From: an uncultured delta proteobacterium
Lineage (GTDB): Bacteria > Desulfobacterota > Binatia > Bin18
Direction: 5' to 3'
Assembly (NCBI GenBank): GCA_963733195.1
Contig: CAVTCR010000046.1
Span: 1-44,989 of the forward strand
Length of the DNA stretch: 44,989 nt
Shown: positions 39,390 through 44,989 of the stretch, in pieces
How positions within the stretch are numbered: position 1 is the first letter of the stretch
Layout of the letters: every line of letters starts with the position of its first letter
Program-made: the position numbers and the translations under genes
The notes under the pieces: generated by a model
The model's database searches: none
What the model saw: only the letters and a program-made list of their open reading frames with translations
What the model was told of the DNA's origin: nothing

Positions 39390-42300
39390 ATGGCGAAGAT
39401 TATCCCTATCTCCCTATCGCCTCCACGCGACCGTAGAGCAGACGAATCTCCCTCTACTGCTACGTTTCCCTCCCGTTTTGTCGGCAGGGAACGTGAGCTC
39501 GAGGAGTTGCGTCAAGCGTTGAGCGATGCAGCAACAGGTCGAGGACGGTTGGTCTTGTTAGCAGGAGAAGCCGGCATTGGCAAAACCCGTCTGGCGGAAG
39601 AATTCACACTCATTGCGTTGCAACGGAAAGCCGAGGTCGTGTGGGGGCGCTGTTGGGAAGGAGAAGGAGCTCCTGCCTTCTGGCCGTGGCTCCAGATGCT
39701 CCGAACCCTGGTCCACGCTCGGGATACTCACCTCTTACGCAAGGAGTTGGGCACGGGCGCGGCCGATATTGCACACGTCGTCTCAGAGCTTCGTGCACTG
39801 TTCCCTGAGATACAGCCACCAGCAGTGCTTGATCTTCAACATGCTCGCTTTCGTTTCTTCGATAGCGTGACGGTATTTCTGAGAAATGCCGCACGGACGC
39901 ATCCACTCGTTCTTATTCTCGATGATCTGCACTGGGCCGATACGCCATCGCTCTTGCTGTTACGATTCCTGGCTCGTGAGCTTGCAGGCACACACCTGTG
40001 CCTCGTTGGTACCTATCGCGACGGAGAAGTCGACCGTGCGCATCCCCTCGCTGATACCCTCGGCAAACTGACCCGGGAGGGAACAATCCTCACGCTGGGT
40101 GGGCTCGCTAGAAGTGATGTCTCTCGTTTAATTGAGAACACTCTGGGAACCACTACCACGGCCAACGTCGCGGACGCTGTGTATCAGCGAACAGAAGGAA
40201 ACCCGTTTTTCGTCACCGAGATCGTCCGGCTTCTGCCGGGCGACGGGGAGAGTGCTGCGGCCCTGACACCCCTTTCTTCTTCTGATATGGCGATTCCACA
40301 GCGCGTACGGCAAACAATTCGCCAACGATTAGAGCGCATTTCCCCTATATGCCAGCATGTGTTAGCAACCGCCGCAGTAATGGGGCAGGAGTTCAATCTC
40401 AAGATCATAGAGAGGGTAGAAGCAGGTTTGCAATCTACTTCTACGAAAGCAACCAGACTTGCTTCACTTGACGAGGCCTTGGACGCGCATCTCATTACGT
40501 GCCTGCCCGGGAACCTAGGGACGTATCGTTTTTCGCATGCCCTCATTCGCGAGACGTTATATGAAGATCTGCCGCTTGGTACACGTCTCGAACTGCACCG
40601 GCAGATTGGTGTGGTACTCGAAGCACTGTACAGAACTCATGAACACCACCTTGCTGAATTAGTCTACCATTTTGAACAAGCAGCTTCTGGGGGAGAGGCG
40701 ACAAAAGCGTTGACGTACGCGGTTCGTGCGGGAGAGTATGCGACTTCCCGCCTTGCCTATGAAGACGCGGTCGATCATTATGAGCGGGCGTTGCGCATGC
40801 TCGATCTGCTGGAGCCTGATGAAAAACAACGCGGTAAGCTCCTCTTGAGGTTGGGGGATGCTTGCTGGTGGGCAGGAAAAGATGCCCAGTCTCGGGAGAC
40901 CTATGAGCAGGCTTTTCATCTCGCGCAACGTATAGGAGATGCAGAACTTCTTGCCCAAGCCGCACTTAGCTTCGGTCGGGTGCGAGAAGAAACGGGGGTG
41001 CTGGATTCTGTCCTCGTTGGTTTTCTCAGGGTAGCATTACAGGCTTTGGGCGATCAGCCAAGAGTTTTACGCGCCCAAGTTCTCGCCCGCCTTTCTGTTG
41101 CACTCTATTTCTCCCCTGCGGCGGACGAACGCGAGAGGCTGAGTGCGGAAGCGCTTGCTATTGCTCGCCAGCATGGCGACAGCAGAACCCTTGCCATGGC
41201 ATTGATTGCACGCCATTTTGCGCTCTGGGGGCCAGACTATACCGAAGAACGATTGAGACTCGCCACAGAAGCTATCCGCTTGGCAGAAGATCTCAATGAT
41301 CGCGATCTTGTACGCGAGGGACAGGCGTGGAAAATCTTTGACTTGTTTGAAATCGGAGACAGCATTGCGCTGAATCACGAAGTCCTGAGTTACACGCAGC
41401 GCGGTAGCGATATCCGGATCCCGCGCTATCGGTGGCATTTGCTCCTCATCTCTGCAACCCGTGCGCTTTTGGCAGGCCGATTCGACGAAGGCGAACGTTT
41501 AGCTCAGGAAGCCGTTGCCTGTCGGGATGAAAACGAAGTCAACAACGCGATGCAATTCTTCGGTGTACAAATGTTTTGGCTCCGCCGTCAGCAGGGACGG
41601 GGTGCTGAACTGGAGCCTGCGGTTGCCGCCCTGGCTGCGCAATTCCCAACCCTACCTGCCTGGCGCTGTGCACTCGCACTACTCTACAGTGACAGTGGTG
41701 ATTACGAAAAAGCCCGCCATGAGTTTCTGTCTCTCGCCGCACGAGACTTTACCGATTTCCCCCGCGATGCCAACTGGCTCCCTGGGCTGACGGCGCTCGC
41801 TGAAGTCTGCACTTTCCTTGGTGATAGACACCACGCCAGCCAACTCTACACGCTGCTGCTGCCATATGCGACCCACAATATCGTCGTCGCCACCTCCGCC
41901 GCTTGTTACGGTTCGGTCGCACGTTATCTGGGACTGCTGGCGACAACCCTCACCCGCTGGGACGAGGCCGAGGCACATTTTGCCGCCGCGCTCCATTTCA
42001 ATCGCCAACTGGGTAGCCGTCCGTTTGTTGCCCACACTGAGTGTGATTACGCTTCCATGCGGCTATCACGTAATCAGCCAGGTGACCATGAACAGGCCCA
42101 AGTTCTTTTGCAGTCCGCTTTGACGACCACACAAGAACTGGGGATGACACGGCTGAGTGAAAAAATCGAGTCTCAAATCTCAAGTCTCGTGTTCCAAGAT
42201 GTGGAAGCACATAACCATCGGCCATCGTCCCCACGCAAACCGTCAGACATCAACCCTTTGACGACTGTTGACTCCAAACCCTGCATCTCCAACTTTCCAG

Positions 42301-42876
42301 CTCCTAATCCCCAAGCCCTAACCCCTACTCTGTTCCGTCGCGAAGGTGAATACTGGACAATCGCCTATCAAGGTAGCACCTGCCGTCTCAAACAGATGCG
42401 CGGTCTTGTCTATCTTGCCCATTTGTTACGCTACCCTCACCACGAGTTCCACTGCTTTGAATTCATCGCCCTAACCACTAAGGAAGGCCAGGCTGGCGTG
42501 ACGAGTGACACCGTAGACTCCTGTGCTTGATACCCAAGCCCGTGCGGCCTATCGCCAGCGGCTGACTGATCTCCAGGAAGAGTTAGAAGAAGCGCAAGGC
42601 TTTCACGACTTAGCACGTATCGAGAAATTGCAGCAGGAGATGGATTTTCTCACCCAAGAACTCAGTGCTGCCTTAGGGTTAGGCGGGCGGACGCGGCAGG
42701 TGGCATCTCAGACAGAACGGGCCCGGGTCAACGTCACTAAAGGAATCAAAGCGGCATTGCAAAAGATCGCCGTGCTCAATCCGGAACTGACGCAGTATCT
42801 GACGCGCACGATCAAGACCGGCACGTTTTGCTCGTACACTCCTGTCTGCCGGTTCCCCGTGCAGTGGGAATTTTAA
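39390..42876 (+). CDS. Large STAND/AAA ATPase regulator with TPR-like sensor region and C-terminal DNA-binding module (frameshift near 42515)
   Basis: FVGRERE, GEAGIGKT, LILDDLHWAD, TEGNPFF, FSHALIRE; C-terminal FRREGEYW...LD.QARAAYRQRL...ERARVNVTK...IKTGTFCSY. Confidence 0.85.
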
Positions 42877-43071
42877 GCCCCCAGCCGGGTACACCACGGC
42901 CTGATGAATTTTGCTGATCATATACGGTAATCATCCAGTGATGCCAGTTTCTCTCTGCACAGCCACACTGTAGTAGAGATCCTGGAACCGTACGGGTTGA
43001 GCTTGTCGAAGTTCGCCCAGCGAAAATTCTCCCTCCCACAAAAATTTCTCTTTTTCCTCGTGTTCTCGCTA

Positions 43072-43090
43072 CGAGTCACACTGTGACTCG
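43072..43090. promoter_or_regulatory. Perfect palindrome, candidate operator
   Basis: CGAGTCACA-C-TGTGACTCG, with another AGTCAC half-site 4 nt downstream. Confidence 0.5.
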
Positions 43091-43301
43091 AAAAGTCACG
43101 CCTTAGAGATAAAGACACCGCGGTTCTGTACCGCAGAGGAGGCATACATGACGGATGACAATATCTAACACAGCGCTGGCGTATGGGCTGCTTGCGGCGC
43201 GGGCGAAGCGATCACCTTGGGTTCTTCTGCTTCGCACGGGTGGCAAGGGGTACAGCAAAGTCAATCAACTAGTGAAGAACCCTGATGAGGAGATCCTGAT
43301 T

Positions 43302-43727
43302 ATGAGCAAGACCTTTAAGAATCGTTTGGCAATCGCCGCCGGGACCATCAGTTTAGTATGGGGAAGCATCGCAACCGCTGCACCGCTCGCCAATGTCACC
43401 GGCACCTGGACCATTGTCGGCAATCAGCATGCCGGGTCGTTGAGAATCAGCAGCCAAACTGGTCCCTTACCGTGTCAAGCGATCAACGGTACGATTTATC
43501 CAGGCACATCCGTCAGTCACGCCGTGCGTGGTTATTACTGCCCGGCAACCGGTCGTATTGCCTTCGCCCGCAAAAATACCGCAGGTGTGGTCATTCAGAC
43601 CTGGGTGGGGAACGTTTCCGATGTGATCGCGAGCGCGCCGCATCGCATGGGTGGGACTTTTCATGCGTTAGATACCACTGCGGGTTCTGGGATCCTCGGC
43701 GAATATCACTTCCAAGGTCAGAAATAG
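43302..43727 (+). CDS. Secreted all-beta hypothetical protein
   Basis: GAGGAG RBS, signal peptide ending ATA-A, NVTGTW motif and two Cys. Confidence 0.75.
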   Translation: MSKTFKNRLAIAAGTISLVWGSIATAAPLANVTGTWTIVGNQHAGSLRISSQTGPLPCQAINGTIYPGTSVSHAVRGYYCPATGRIAFARKNTAGVVIQTWVGNVSDVIASAPHRMGGTFHALDTTAGSGILGEYHFQGQK

Positions 43728-43898
43728 CGCTCTTCGCAGCCCGTTCAAGTCAGGGTTCTCCTTTCGAGCCATGCTTGAACGGGCCTCAGCCGAGGAGAAA
43801 CGGCTCACCCTCACTACCCGCGGGCGCTTTTGCAGAGAACCTGAGACGGCTCTTGACGCAACGCCCGCGGCATTCTTTATACAGATCGAGTAGAGGCC

Positions 43899-44914
43899 AT
43901 GACAAAAAAGTTCTTGATCTCCGTAATCATTTTAGGTGTGTCACTTGGAGTAGGCGCGATGCTTGTCGGCATTCGCAACGACATGATTTCTCACCCTGAG
44001 CCACCCCGGGAACGGCATCGAGCGACCGCTACCAGCGACATCGCCTCGGCAGGTAAACAGAATACCGAGTCCAGAGCAAAGAATAACCCGCAGCGTAGCC
44101 CAACTCCCAAAGATGTCGCCAGGAGTGTAGAGCCATCACACCAACGCGCACTCTGGTAGCCTAGACGTTGAAGTCCAGGGTGGCGATGTGACCCTCCGTG
44201 TGGAAAACCAATCACTCAAGAAGGTATTGGGGGTCCTGGCTCATGAGAGCGGCATCCAGATCAACGCACAACTCATCGCGGACCGACCCGTGAGCATTCA
44301 ACTCATCCGCGTCCCATTTGACCGCGCGCTGCAGACCATGCTCGAATTTGAGGACAGCTTTTTCGCATTCGCAAATCAGGGAACAGCTAATGTTGCCCTA
44401 AAAGCGGTGTGGGTGTTACCGGCTGGTACTGGTGAAGCCTGGCTGCCACAAACCTCCACATGCTCTCACGAACTATCCGAACTTGAACAGCAACTTACCT
44501 CTGCGCAAGCGAGCCAGCGTGCCGAGGCGCTCGAAACTCTGATCGATCTTCAGGGCCCCAACGCCTCACAGGTCGCTGTACAGGCGCTGGGAGATCAAGA
44601 TGACGACGTGCGCTATCGAGTCCTGCGAAAGGTGCATGTTACCGGTCTTGCCCTTCCGCCCGAGGTCCTATCAGACCTCGTCCAGCATGAACGCTGAACT
44701 GGTTCGCATGATGGCCGTAGAGGTCATTGGTAACCACCCTGCTATTGATGAGCAAGACAAGATTGCCTTTGCTCGTTACGCAATCAACGATGTAAGCCCT
44801 GCGGTACAAACGCGGGCAAGTGAGATCTTGAGCCACCTCGAGTCCGCGCCTCTAATTCGTGAACAAGACCAAATGCTATATGATGAAGCAAACCGGGAAA
44901 TATTTGACGAGTGA
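43899..44914 (+). CDS. Membrane-anchored protein with STN/secretin-N0-like domain and HEAT repeats (two frameshifts)
   Basis: TM in 43899..44159; VTLRVENQSLKKVL..LA..SGI..VSI....PFDRAL and HEAT repeats (ALGDQDDDVRY) in 44188..44697; further HEAT repeats (AINDVSPAVQ) in 44600..44914. Confidence 0.6.
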
Positions 44915-44989
44915 TGAAGCAAATTGGAGGCTGGGTCGTGACCCAGCCTCCAGTACTCTGTCCATCTGAAACTGTTGAGTGTGTCATGG

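Noticed and set aside
43148-43168. Six-codon ORF MTDDNI after an AGGAGG
   Set aside because: Too short and featureless to support; it may be a decayed or frameshifted start.
2959-44914. Frameshifts in purH, DUF1015, HAD, SPOR lipoprotein, enoyl-CoA hydratase, LLM, STAND and HEAT genes as programmed frameshifting or mass pseudogenisation
   Set aside because: They are single-base indels, often at short homopolymers, in unrelated and otherwise intact genes including purH, with no shared slippery motif. Long-read assembly error is the simpler explanation.

Overview
About 45 kb of bacterial chromosome, roughly 52-55% GC by eye. Housekeeping genes (thiS-thiG-thiE, purH-purD, two RRM RNA-binding proteins, a COG0523 GTPase, rhomboid, gamma carbonic anhydrase-like protein, NamZ-like DUF1343) are mixed with many flavin/F420-type and CoA-linked catabolic enzymes (four intact LLM oxidoreductases plus one fragment, CoA-transferase, enoyl-CoA hydratase, SDR, amidohydrolase, cyclase, FAH). 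This content resembles Binatota- or Tectomicrobia-like genomes, which is inference only. About ten genes carry single-base frameshifts, most simply explained as long-read assembly errors. No rRNA, intact tRNA, CRISPR array or transposase was seen. The main unannotated signals are: (1) a ~270-nt promoter-to-terminator transcript whose ends pair and which encodes a 19-aa Lys/Ala peptide (22357-22661), back-to-back with an ~80-nt riboswitch-like leader (22839-22951); (2) an apparently circularly permuted SCP2 domain (36630-36963); (3) terminator/antiterminator leaders on tandem RRM genes; (4) a 109-bp IS1-like MITE with an 8-bp target duplication that carries a REP; (5) an isolated 5' half of tRNA-Thr(CGU), probably an island junction.
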